A stretch of DNA of 64,000 bases from Hyalangium minutum (GCF_000737315.1 NZ_JMCB01000018.1:62001-126000); one strand, 5' to 3'. Shown: positions 1 to 8,858, counted from the stretch's first letter. Notes: generated by a model not told the origin, from the sequence alone. Numbers and translations: made by a program.

Positions 1-1
1 T

Positions 2-361
2 CTGGTTGCGCACCGAGCCCGAGAACGTCACCAGCCCGCCGTACGCCTCGCCCGACACCGCCGCCACCACCTCCTCCAACCGCAGCGGCCGATCCACCAC
101 CGAGAACAGTCCCGAGCCCCCCGACACCGGTGGGATGAGCGCCAGCTCCGCTCCCGCTGGCACCTCCTCCCCCGTGTCCACGAACTCCTGGTTCACCGCC
201 ACCCGCAGGTGCGGCAGCAGCGGCTTCAGCGAGGCATGGCGCTCGGCCAGCTGGCGCAGCACATCCTGCACCCGCGCCCCCTCGGGCACCTCCAGCGTCT
301 CCCGCTGGGTTCCCACGCGCTCGCGCGCCGCCGCGAAGTAGAGAACGGTGATCGAGCCCAT
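2..361 (-). CDS. moaD-moaE: Molybdopterin synthase MoaD-MoaE fusion, 5' part only (runs off the window; absent from the ORF track)
   Basis: Manual translation from ATG 361 gives MGSITVLYFAAARERVG...VAVNQEF...LALIPPVSGG (MoaD/ThiS ubiquitin-like fold with C-terminal GG). It continues in frame into SGLFSVVDRPL...GGLVTFSGSVRNQ (MoaE N-terminus). Confidence 0.9.
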   Translation of the reverse strand, partial: MGSITVLYFAAARERVGTQRETLEVPEGARVQDVLRQLAERHASLKPLLPHLRVAVNQEFVDTGEEVPAGAELALIPPVSGGSGLFSVVDRPLRLEEVVAAVSGEAYGGLVTFSGSVRNQ

Positions 362-362
362 C

Positions 363-2153
363 TCAGCGCGTCCGAATCACAATCCGCCCCCGCAGCCGCG
401 CCCCACCCTCCTCCGGCGCCAGGTCCACGAAGGCGTGATCAAAGGGCGTCACCTGATCCAGGAACGCTCCGCCGAAGGCTTTCGCCGCCGCCAGCTGCCC
501 CGTGGGCACTCCGGGCACCTGCGTGGGCGCGTCCATCTCCGCCCGCAGCCGCCCCATGTCCACCATCAGCGACAGGTGGCTCGGCCCGAACGCGTTCGCG
601 CTGAAGCGCTCCCGCAGCGCCGTGCCAATGTTCTCCCGTGGCCTCGCGTCCAGCGCCTCGCCCGCCTGCAGCGACAGCCGATCCGGCGCTACGCTCACCA
701 CCATCGGCTGCTCCATCATCCGCAGCCGGAACTTCGTCACGTTCTTCTCCTTCACCGTCTCCACGTTCCACGAGCCCGCCGCGAACGCCTTCGTCAGCGC
801 CGCCACCACCGGCTCCGCCCGCGTCAGCCCCGCCTCCAGCAGCACGGAGCCGCGCGGCTCGGGCCGCTTGTTCGTCAGGAAGTTCCGGTAGAAGGCCGGC
901 GCGTCGAAGTACACCAGCATCGTCACATCCCCCCGCACCGAGCCGATCAGCGCCTCCCCATCAACCCCCTCCTGGCTCCAGCTCGCCAAGGCCTCCGCGC
1001 GGCGCGGCGAGCCCGGAGCCCCCAGGAGCGCCGTCGCCAGCTCGTCCGGAGGAATCGACATCATCGCCGCGGCCACCGGCCCCACCGGCGCCTTCTCCAG
1101 CAGCGCCGGCACCGGGCCCTGCTTCCCCGCCAGCAGCGGCTTCGCCGAGGCCAGGAAGCCATCCACCTCCGCCCTCCCCTCCTTCACCCGCAGCGACGAG
1201 AAGAACCCGGGGAACCCGTCGTCCTTCTCCTTCTTCGGGAAGCTCGAGAAGAGGTACAGGTTGCCCTCCTGCACCTTGCCGCGCAGCTCCATCAGCAGCG
1301 AGGACTCGGACAGCCCCGCGCCCGTGAACCCCTGCACGTACCGGCGCACCCCCTCCGGATCCGGCGAAGACGTCGAGGCCTTCACCGGCTCGCCCGCCTT
1401 GGGCTCGTCCTTCTCCGGCATCGCCAGGTACAGGTAGCCACGGTCCAGGAACGCCAGCACCGGCTCCGACGCGCGCAGCTCGATGCGCGCACTGCCATCC
1501 CCGCGGCGCTGCACCGTGAGCCCCTCGGACTCGAAGTCCTTGACCACCGCCTCCAGCGCCGCCGCCCCGTCCGTCACCCCCAGCACCGCCACCGAGCCCT
1601 CGAACACCGGCACCGAGAACAGCCCGAAGCCCTCGTCCGGATCCACCGCGCTCGCGTCCCCCTTCGCGCTCTGGAGCACCAGGGGCAGGAACGGCGCCTC
1701 GTCAATCTGCCGCAGCGCCACCTCCGGCCCCACCAGCCGCTTGTAGAAGTCCACCATGGGCTCCACGTTGCCGCGCAGCTGGGGCACGAAGAAGGCCACC
1801 GTCGCGTCCGCCGGAATGGCGCGCAGCACCGGCCGGGGCACCACGGTGATCCGCGCGGCCCCCAGCTCCGTCGCCCCCTCCAGCGCCTGCACGGTGAACG
1901 TGCCCGCGCGAGGGAACGCATGGGAGGCCCGCGTGGCCTTCTGGACCGGCGTGCCGTCCCCGAAGTTCCACGTCACCTCGGGCGCGCCCTCCTGCGCCGA
2001 GCCAAACTCCAACGGCACGCCGGCCTCCACCGTGCGGTCCTGCCCCACATCGGGCTTGAGCGCACGGTGGCAGCCCGGGGCCACCAGCCCCACTGCCAAC
2101 ACCGAGAGGACGGACAGCGGGACTTTCAGGGACAGGGACGGGGAAGACCGCAT
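363..2153 (-). CDS. PKD-domain lipoprotein, myxobacterial hypothetical
   Basis: Lipobox LVAPGC; PKD motif VTWNFGDGT...HAFPRAGTFTV; strong GC3 bias; tightly packed with its neighbours. Confidence 0.75.
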   Translation of the reverse strand: MRSSPSLSLKVPLSVLSVLAVGLVAPGCHRALKPDVGQDRTVEAGVPLEFGSAQEGAPEVTWNFGDGTPVQKATRASHAFPRAGTFTVQALEGATELGAARITVVPRPVLRAIPADATVAFFVPQLRGNVEPMVDFYKRLVGPEVALRQIDEAPFLPLVLQSAKGDASAVDPDEGFGLFSVPVFEGSVAVLGVTDGAAALEAVVKDFESEGLTVQRRGDGSARIELRASEPVLAFLDRGYLYLAMPEKDEPKAGEPVKASTSSPDPEGVRRYVQGFTGAGLSESSLLMELRGKVQEGNLYLFSSFPKKEKDDGFPGFFSSLRVKEGRAEVDGFLASAKPLLAGKQGPVPALLEKAPVGPVAAAMMSIPPDELATALLGAPGSPRRAEALASWSQEGVDGEALIGSVRGDVTMLVYFDAPAFYRNFLTNKRPEPRGSVLLEAGLTRAEPVVAALTKAFAAGSWNVETVKEKNVTKFRLRMMEQPMVVSVAPDRLSLQAGEALDARPRENIGTALRERFSANAFGPSHLSLMVDMGRLRAEMDAPTQVPGVPTGQLAAAKAFGGAFLDQVTPFDHAFVDLAPEEGGARLRGRIVIRTR

Positions 2154-2162
2154 AGACGCGGT

Positions 2163-2888
2163 CTAGTAGTCCAAGGCGAGCCCGAACATCCAGTGCCGGC
2201 TGGAGAGAACCAACCCTGGGCCGCCGAAGTTGTTCACTTCAGCGTACGTCCACTCAGCGAAGAGGTAGCTGTGGTTGACGCCCAGGTCCGTGTCGAAGTC
2301 CCGCGCCAGGCGGGGCTCCAGCACGTCCAGCAGGAACGAGGCGCCCAGCGTGAGGCCATACCCCCAGCGGCCTCCCTTGGCCGTGCGGCCCTCCACCACC
2401 TGGGTGCTGTCGCCCTTGTTGCTCCACCACGGCATGTAGATGAGGCCCAGCTTGCCGTAGGGCACCAGCGGAACGCCCCAGCGGAACGCCGCGTAGTCGA
2501 ACTTGTAGAGGGCGTTGAGCTTCAGCGGCAGCACCTTGAGCGCCGTCTTCTCCTCGGCCGCCTCGCCCTCCTCGGTGAGGGTGTCCGCGTACTTCTCGGC
2601 ATAGCCCGCCGAGAAGCCCAGGCCCGCCGAGCCGAAGCGCTGGAAGAAGTAGCGCTGCAGCTCCACCTCGAACAGCAGCATGGACTCGCCACCGAACGTG
2701 TTCTTGTAGGGCGTGTCCTTGAGGCCCTCCTCGGTGTCGATGCGCGGCTTGTAGCCCCCGAACTTCACCTCCACGGCGCCCGTGCGCGGCGAATGGCTGG
2801 ACACTGTGGGCGCGTCGGAGACTTCCAGCGCTTGACTCGGCAGCGCGCCAAGAAGCGCGAGGACGCCGAGGGCCACTGCTCGACTCAT
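2163..2888 (-). CDS. Outer-membrane beta-barrel protein (MXAN_2562-like family)
   Basis: Signal peptide, alternating amphipathic beta-strands, aromatic C-terminus WMFGLALDY; overlaps the upstream MYXO-CTERM gene by 4 nt. Confidence 0.75.
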   Translation of the reverse strand: MSRAVALGVLALLGALPSQALEVSDAPTVSSHSPRTGAVEVKFGGYKPRIDTEEGLKDTPYKNTFGGESMLLFEVELQRYFFQRFGSAGLGFSAGYAEKYADTLTEEGEAAEEKTALKVLPLKLNALYKFDYAAFRWGVPLVPYGKLGLIYMPWWSNKGDSTQVVEGRTAKGGRWGYGLTLGASFLLDVLEPRLARDFDTDLGVNHSYLFAEWTYAEVNNFGGPGLVLSSRHWMFGLALDY

Positions 2889-3760
2889 GACCGGTTTCTC
2901 CTTGAAGACAGCCAGAACCCCAGGACGGCCAGCACCCAGCCGCCCGTTAGCCCACCCGCCGCCGCCCCACAGCCTCCCATCTCCTGCCCACCCGCCTTCA
3001 CGTACTGGTCGAAAAACCCTTTGGTGAAGATGGGCGTGCCCGTCGCGGGCGCGGAGGCCGCGCTCTCGTTGTCCGCCGCGTCAATCGCCGTGGCGGTCAA
3101 CGTGTACGGCACATTGTTCTCCAGGTTGTCCACCCGGAACAGCGGCTGATCCACCGACTGCCGCAGCGAGCGGGCGGAGCCCGTGCCATCCGCGCGGACG
3201 ATGGTGAGCTTCAGCTCGTTGGAATCCGTCGGCGTGGAGACGCGCACGGAGAGCGCCTCGTCCAGCGCGGCCACGTTGTCGATGGTGGGCGCATCCGGCG
3301 GCTTGGAGTCGTAGACGAGCTCGAAGTCGTCCTTCTGGACGGTGGTCGAGTCACACGCGCTGATGGCACCCGTGCCGGACTTGTAGGCCGCGCACACCCG
3401 GTACGCATCCTCGCGGCCCGCCGCGCCACAGGCCAGCTCAGTCGTCCAGCCGGGCAGCTGATTGACCTGGAAGGTCACCGTGGAGGTGCGCTGGGTGGGC
3501 AAGTCATTCTTGTTGATCGTCCCCAGGTCCTTGTAGGTGCCGGTCGGCTCGTCCCCACAGGAGGTTCCGGAGACGAGCCAGAGCCGCAGGTCCGTACACG
3601 CGACGGTCGTCCCGTTGTACGTCCAGGTGACGACCTGGGAGTCTCCGCAGGAGTTCATCCCCACGCGGATGGAGGTCTTATTGGGAACCGACAGCACGAT
3701 GGGCTGAGCCAAAGCCGCGCTGGCGGTACAGAGGGTCAGGGCAATCAGCAGGGAACGCAT
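2885..3760 (-). CDS. MYXO-CTERM-anchored Cys-rich/fibronectin-III surface protein (MXAN_2561-like)
   Basis: Start re-called to ATG 3760 (MRSLLIALTLC). Fn3-like PPDAPTI...VPYTLTATAIDAADNES. C-terminus GGCGAAAGG + hydrophobic helix + RRNRS (MYXO-CTERM). Confidence 0.8.
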   Translation of the reverse strand: MRSLLIALTLCTASAALAQPIVLSVPNKTSIRVGMNSCGDSQVVTWTYNGTTVACTDLRLWLVSGTSCGDEPTGTYKDLGTINKNDLPTQRTSTVTFQVNQLPGWTTELACGAAGREDAYRVCAAYKSGTGAISACDSTTVQKDDFELVYDSKPPDAPTIDNVAALDEALSVRVSTPTDSNELKLTIVRADGTGSARSLRQSVDQPLFRVDNLENNVPYTLTATAIDAADNESAASAPATGTPIFTKGFFDQYVKAGGQEMGGCGAAAGGLTGGWVLAVLGFWLSSRRNRS

Positions 3761-3886
3761 GGACGGTGGTGAACCTAGCAAGTGGGGGGCCAGCTGAAAC
3801 GGGGGGGTGCCCCCTTCATTCCCCCCGCGTACAGCCCTCGATTCCCGCCAAATGGGCAGGCCCGGCCCCGAGGGCTTGCCAAATTG

Positions 3887-4915
3887 TCACGCGGAGCGCT
3901 GCAGCAGCCGCATTCCGGCCTCCACGAGGTTGAGCGCGCCGCCTCGGCCGGCGTTGTCCACCACGGCGAAGAGGGTGAGCCACTCGGGGGCCTGGGGAAA
4001 GGTGCGCAGGCGGCCGACGTGGATGGCTGGGTCCGAGGCCACCAGCATGGGCATGGGGTAGACCTTCTCGGCCGGGGCATCCAGCACCTTGAGGGCGGGC
4101 GACGTCTTCAGCGCAGCGCGGTATTGCTCCACCGGCGCGGGCGTCTTGAGCTGCACGTGGACGCTCAGCCCGTGGCCATAGAAGGTGGGCACCTGCACGG
4201 CGGTGCCGGCGATGACGGGCGTCTCCCCCCGGGCGCCGAACAGCCGCGCCGCCTCGAGCGTCCAGCCGGCCTCCTCCTCCGTCCAGGGCGAGTTGGCCAT
4301 GAACGGGCCCACCTGGGGCACCAGGTTGAAGCCGATGCGCTGCGGAAAGGCATGGGGCTCGGGCTCCCGGCCCGAGAGCAGGCCGGCGGTCTGCTTCTCC
4401 AGCTCCGAGACCCCGATCACCCCCGCCGAGGACGCGCTCACCATCGCTGTGACTTGTGCGCGCACCACGCCGAAGGCCTTCTGCAGCGGGGCGATGAGGG
4501 ACACCAAGGCGGTGGACACCGCGGAGGGCACGCTGACGATGCGGCCTTTGAGGGGGGCGCCGAGCAGCTCAGGGTTGAAGCTCGGGAGCACCAGCGGCAC
4601 GTTGCCGTCGCCTCGGAAGGCGGAGCTGGCGTCCACCACCCAGGCGCCCGCGGCCTGAGCGGCCGGGGCCAACGTGCGAGAAGCGGCCGCCGGAGTGGCC
4701 AGCAGCGCCAGGTTCACGCCCCGGAAGGAGTCGGGGGTGACCTTCTCCACCGCCAGCGTGTCCTCGCCGTAGTCCAGCTCCACCGCCTCGGAGCGCTCGG
4801 AGGCCAGCAATGTGAGCTGCTCGGAGGTGACGCCCTGATCCAAGAGCGCGGAGAGCACCTCGCGGCCCACCACCCCCGTGGCCCCCACCACGGCGATCCG
4901 TACGTTCTCGTTCAT
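3887..4915 (-). CDS. Aspartate-semialdehyde dehydrogenase-like protein (Asd/Usg family) lacking the catalytic Cys
   Basis: Start re-called to ATG 4915. RIAVVGATGVVG, VVDASSAFR, VPLVLPSFNP, FNLVPQ, VPTFYGH and DN..RGGALN all match the Asd fold. The PNC active-site motif reads VPSAV. Confidence 0.85.
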   Translation of the reverse strand: MNENVRIAVVGATGVVGREVLSALLDQGVTSEQLTLLASERSEAVELDYGEDTLAVEKVTPDSFRGVNLALLATPAAASRTLAPAAQAAGAWVVDASSAFRGDGNVPLVLPSFNPELLGAPLKGRIVSVPSAVSTALVSLIAPLQKAFGVVRAQVTAMVSASSAGVIGVSELEKQTAGLLSGREPEPHAFPQRIGFNLVPQVGPFMANSPWTEEEAGWTLEAARLFGARGETPVIAGTAVQVPTFYGHGLSVHVQLKTPAPVEQYRAALKTSPALKVLDAPAEKVYPMPMLVASDPAIHVGRLRTFPQAPEWLTLFAVVDNAGRGGALNLVEAGMRLLQRSA

Positions 4916-5037
4916 GGCGCGTCCCTTTACGCCAGCCGGGCCTCCTACGCGAGCCTCTTGGGGCCTCTGTGTGTGGTAAATAAACGGGCTTCGCGCCCGT
5001 CTACGGTCGCCAGACCCCCATCCCACCGACTGCTCGC

Positions 5038-6636
5038 ATGCGCTCTCCGCTCCAGGTCTCGAGTCTCTCCTCACTCTTCGCCCTGCTGGTCCTCAGCGGC
5101 TGCAACTCCGCCTACCGCGCGGCCATGTCCCGCGCCGAGGAGGCGGCCCAGCGCGGCGACTTCATGACCGCAGCCCATGGCTACCGCGACGCCTGTGCCG
5201 CCTCTCCCGACGATGAGAAGGCTTGCTCCCGCGCCCCCATCTTCGCGCAGAAGGCCACGGATCAGGCCATCGCCACTGCCCGCCCCGCTTGCGACGCGGG
5301 CGATCTGGATCAGTGCCTCCCGCCCCTCCTGGCGGGCTGGGATCTGATCCCCAACCACCCCGAGCTCACCTCGCTGTTCGATCGCGCTGGCCAGGTCCAC
5401 ACCGAGCGCTGCTCTCAGTGGAAGCACGAGGGCGCCGTGGCCCAGGCCACCGCCGGGCTCGCGTGCCTCCAGACCCGCGCCACGCAGATCCCCGTTCAGA
5501 GCTACCAGTCGCAGCTCTCCGGCCGCGCGAACCAGCTCTCCCAGCGCTTCGCAGGGCTGGCCGCCGCGCTGTCCGGAGCGAGCACCGCAGGCGCCGCCAA
5601 CGTGCTCTGGTCCGCGGCGCAGTGCCTCGCGCCGGAGACGAATGTGGCCGGACAGGCCGACTCGGCTCGCCAGAGCTTCCTGGCCCAGAGCGCCATCCCC
5701 GTGGCCATCCGCGTCGAAGGGAAGATCCCCAATCCGATCGCCAGCAACCTCAACGCCTGCCAGAGCCTGGCCGGGAACCTGGCCCCCGCAGCGCGGTGCG
5801 CCGTGGGCAACCCGCTGCCGGGCCAGCCGGAGCCGCTGGAGATCCGCGTCAACGCGCTCATCTCGCACCCTCGGGAGGATGTCGTCGAGGAGGTGCGCAG
5901 CCTGCGCTACCTCGCCAGCACGCGGCAGGTCCCCAACCCCCAGTTCAGGGATGCCCGGGAGCGCCTGAAGAAGGCCGAGTATGAGCTGCAGGTCACCGAG
6001 TCCGCGAAGAACTCCAAGGACCAGGCCTGCGCGCAGTCCCGGCGCAACCCCAGTTCCTCTGGCGGCACCCAGGGTGGCAAGTCGCCCTGCGACGAGGCCT
6101 CGGAGTTCGCCCAGACGCTGGAGGCCCGCGTCAATGAGCGCAACGAGGCGCGCAACTTCTTGAGCAACACCCCCGAGCTGATCACCGAGGAGGTGTGGGA
6201 CAACTTCATGTACCCCGTGCGGACGCACCGCTGGGCCTCCAACTACCGCTTCACGCTCCAGTCGAGCAGCCCTGGCTCGGCTCCTACCCCGCAGCAGGAC
6301 GGAGCGGTGCAGTTCGAGGACCAGGAGCACGTGGGCTTCCCCCCCGGTGGGCTCCAGGCCGATCCGCTGGACGTGCCTCCCGCCCGGGCCTACGCGGACG
6401 GCTTCGTGCAGCAGCTGGCGCCCGCCGTGTTCTCGGAGGTGCAGCGCGAGAGCATCGCCCGCGGCAACACGCGCCGGGCCCAGTGCAACGCCCTGCCGCA
6501 GAACTGGGACGCCACCTGGGTGCAGTGCTGGGCCGAGGCCTCGCTCTGGGGGACCGGGAAGGAGCCCCAGGTGCCCGAGTTCCTCAACATCCTCGCCTCC
6601 AGTGCGGGGGCGACGGCTCAGCCGCAGTGCCGCTGA
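5038..6636 (+). CDS. Hypothetical Cys-rich lipoprotein with TPR-like N-terminus
   Basis: Lipobox VLSGC; helical Ala-rich N-terminus; many Cys; 532 aa with typical codon bias. Confidence 0.7.
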   Translation: MRSPLQVSSLSSLFALLVLSGCNSAYRAAMSRAEEAAQRGDFMTAAHGYRDACAASPDDEKACSRAPIFAQKATDQAIATARPACDAGDLDQCLPPLLAGWDLIPNHPELTSLFDRAGQVHTERCSQWKHEGAVAQATAGLACLQTRATQIPVQSYQSQLSGRANQLSQRFAGLAAALSGASTAGAANVLWSAAQCLAPETNVAGQADSARQSFLAQSAIPVAIRVEGKIPNPIASNLNACQSLAGNLAPAARCAVGNPLPGQPEPLEIRVNALISHPREDVVEEVRSLRYLASTRQVPNPQFRDARERLKKAEYELQVTESAKNSKDQACAQSRRNPSSSGGTQGGKSPCDEASEFAQTLEARVNERNEARNFLSNTPELITEEVWDNFMYPVRTHRWASNYRFTLQSSSPGSAPTPQQDGAVQFEDQEHVGFPPGGLQADPLDVPPARAYADGFVQQLAPAVFSEVQRESIARGNTRRAQCNALPQNWDATWVQCWAEASLWGTGKEPQVPEFLNILASSAGATAQPQCR

Positions 6637-6645
6637 GCGTGGTGT

Positions 6646-7428
6646 ATGCATGGCGAAATGCGCAACGCCATCCATTCACCGCCCTCTCGACACTACGGGA
6701 GGGCGGTGCTCGGGTGCGCGCTCACCCTCGCTTGCGCCGCCACGCCCGTAGCGGATCCTGACATCGCCCGCCCTCGGCCAGGGGAGCCACCTCTGGAGCG
6801 GCTACCTGGGCCGCTCCTTGTGTTCAGCTCTTATCCGAGCGCCCTACTCGGGGCCTGCCAGAAGATCCTCTCGAAGCCAGGCGCCTCCGCGGGTCCACGG
6901 GGGCAGCCCGGGTTCGACGTACGCTGGCGCGTGGGCACCGAGTATTGCGCATGGATCTACTACACCCCTGACGGGAAGTACGTCCTCAGCAAGCTGACGG
7001 ATCAGACCCAGGTCCGTCTTGCGGAACAAGGCAAGCGCTGTCTCCTGCCGTCACACGTCGATGATCCACGGTTTCCGCCCGACAGCATCCAGTACGTCTT
7101 CGCGCTGCACAATCACCTGTACGACGACCTCTTGTCGAAGGACGACCTGTCCTTCATCTTGAACCAAGGGTTCGCGCATGGCTTTACACACGAGACGCAG
7201 GACGGAAGCATCCGCCTTTCCGCCGTTGCGTTCTTCTCGAACGCCCCCGATGCTCCTCAATGCGATGGCTTCTACCAGTACATTCCCCTCACCGGTCAGA
7301 TCCTGAAATGGACGCGCACCCCTCGGTGGGAGTGCAAGCAAACCCACTGGGTCGAGTGGAATGAGGGGCTGGAGATAGCAAGCGTCCGCGAGACAAGCGC
7401 CCCCTGCTTCGAGGACACCTCGCCGTGA
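6646..7428 (+). CDS. Hypothetical lipoprotein with a JAB/MPN-like (DUF4329-like) metal-binding motif
   Basis: Lipobox LTLAC; EYCAWIY (E at 6940) and HNHLYDDLLSKDD (7108-7146) resemble the E...HxH...SxxD JAMM signature. Confidence 0.65.
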   Translation: MHGEMRNAIHSPPSRHYGRAVLGCALTLACAATPVADPDIARPRPGEPPLERLPGPLLVFSSYPSALLGACQKILSKPGASAGPRGQPGFDVRWRVGTEYCAWIYYTPDGKYVLSKLTDQTQVRLAEQGKRCLLPSHVDDPRFPPDSIQYVFALHNHLYDDLLSKDDLSFILNQGFAHGFTHETQDGSIRLSAVAFFSNAPDAPQCDGFYQYIPLTGQILKWTRTPRWECKQTHWVEWNEGLEIASVRETSAPCFEDTSP

Positions 7429-8087
7429 AACATCTCCTGCTCCTGAGCCCCTTGCTTCTCTCGTCCTGCCTGCGGGGAGCCCCTGTGTCTTCTGCCGCTC
7501 CGGCGGACGAAGTCCCATCCATCAAGGTCCCGCAGCTACTCGGAGTCAAAGCCACACCCGTGGGTGTGCAAGACACCCTCTATCGGCTGGATGGGACCAC
7601 CGTCCGCGCCCTGGCCATCGCCACCCAAGACTTCTTCTCCTCGAGCGGCCAGGGGAAGGAATGCTGGCAGAACGCTGGCGGACATCGCTACGAGCTGTTT
7701 CAGCAAGAAGGGATCACGTTCGTCCACATCTCTGCGGATCTCGTCAACTGTTGGCAAGAATTCGCCCCCATGGACTACGGCGTCACGTATGCCATCAGCG
7801 CGGAGGGCCGGATCCTGCGGCGCATCTCTTCGGGCGAGCCCGATGACCCTTATCGATTGCCCGTCCTGGATTCAGGTGGGGCGACAGTTCCCCAAGACAA
7901 GGACTTGTCCGGAATGTTGGGGTCTACCTCGGGCAGTTCCCACATCGCCATCCCGCTGAGCTGGCTCGACGGGGGCTCTCCGCCCCCCCGCGGCGCCTTC
8001 GTGCCGTCCTCATCCATTCCCGATGGTGGGCCACGGCCTGATGGCGGCCTCCCGAGCGAAGCGGGCTCGTCACCCCTCATTCCGTGA
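7425..8087 (+). CDS. Hypothetical lipoprotein, partner of the upstream JAB-like lipoprotein
   Basis: GTG start overlaps the upstream TGA (GTGA); lipobox LLSSC; core LDGTTVRALAIA..DF..C..HRY...VTYAISAEGRILRR; Pro-rich DGG-repeat tail. Confidence 0.75.
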   Translation: MKHLLLLSPLLLSSCLRGAPVSSAAPADEVPSIKVPQLLGVKATPVGVQDTLYRLDGTTVRALAIATQDFFSSSGQGKECWQNAGGHRYELFQQEGITFVHISADLVNCWQEFAPMDYGVTYAISAEGRILRRISSGEPDDPYRLPVLDSGGATVPQDKDLSGMLGSTSGSSHIAIPLSWLDGGSPPPRGAFVPSSSIPDGGPRPDGGLPSEAGSSPLIP

Positions 8088-8114
8088 ACCCATCCGTCTC
8101 ACCGCCTCCCGCGC

Positions 8115-8849
8115 TCAGTCCTCTTTGAGGCGCGCGGTGGGCGCGGGCCCGGGCAGCGGAGGAAACTTCGGATTCCGCTCGGGCTCGGAGGCGCGGACGT
8201 AGTGCGGCTCCAGGGAGAATACGGCCTCCTGAGGCTGTGTCTCCGGGAAGCGCACCAGCCGCGCTAACTCCACTGCGGACGGGAACACCGGCCCCGTCAG
8301 CAACCGCTCGGGCGCCACGCCCGCCTTCTCCAGGGCCGCGCGGTAATCGCCGAGCGCGGGCCCCAGCGCCAGGGCGTGAGGCTCGGCCGCCATCTTCGCT
8401 GCCACTTCCTCGGGGGACATCGCCGTCTCGGGCTCCAGCGACTCCACGCTCCGCCCCGTCCGCCGGTACGCGCCCAGGTACAGATCGTCCTTGCGCGCCA
8501 CCGCGAGGCAGAAGAGTGGCGAACCCTCAGGTCCCTCCAGCGCCACCGCGGCCAGCGAGGACGCCCCCGCCACCTTCAGCCGCGACGCATAGGCCAGCGC
8601 CTTCACCGAGGCCAGGCCGATGCGCAGGCCCGTGAAGGAACCCGGGCCCAGGCCCACGGCCAGCCCCTCCAGGTCCGCCAGCTTCACCCCGTGCCGCGCC
8701 AGCAGCTCACCGATGACACCGGGAAGGATCTCGCTCTGCTTCTGGGGCGGCCCCGCCACCACGTGCTCGAGCACGCGCAGGTCCTCGCCCACGCGCTCCA
8801 CCAGAGCGAGGGACAGCGTCAGCGTCGAGGTATCGAGCGAGAGGAACAC
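8115..8849 (-). CDS. tsaB: tRNA threonylcarbamoyladenosine biosynthesis protein TsaB
   Basis: LSLDTST, GPGSFTGLRIG and C-terminal LEPHYVR motifs. Confidence 0.95.
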   Translation of the reverse strand: MFLSLDTSTLTLSLALVERVGEDLRVLEHVVAGPPQKQSEILPGVIGELLARHGVKLADLEGLAVGLGPGSFTGLRIGLASVKALAYASRLKVAGASSLAAVALEGPEGSPLFCLAVARKDDLYLGAYRRTGRSVESLEPETAMSPEEVAAKMAAEPHALALGPALGDYRAALEKAGVAPERLLTGPVFPSAVELARLVRFPETQPQEAVFSLEPHYVRASEPERNPKFPPLPGPAPTARLKED

Positions 8850-8858
8850 AGCCCTCCT

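Noticed and set aside
348-3149. 933-aa plus-strand ORF, and similar long antisense ORFs (5071-6675, 9503-11956, 19878-21584, 27210-30422, 36228-38225, 46455-49169, 53516-55642, 58023-59867, 60183-61763)
   Set aside because: Shadow frames of real genes on the opposite strand. They are Arg/His/Gly-rich with no motifs, as expected from high GC3.
3790-3885. G/C homopolymer runs and an imperfect hairpin between the asd-like gene and the MYXO-CTERM gene
   Set aside because: The stem has a C-A mismatch on the transcribed strand, and the runs are short and intergenic. There is no support for a terminator or phase variation.
6646-7428. Idea that the JAB-like protein is the protease that cleaves the MoaD-MoaE fusion 6 kb away
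   Set aside because: It has a lipoprotein signal and would be exported, whereas MoaD-MoaE processing is cytoplasmic. There is no operon link.
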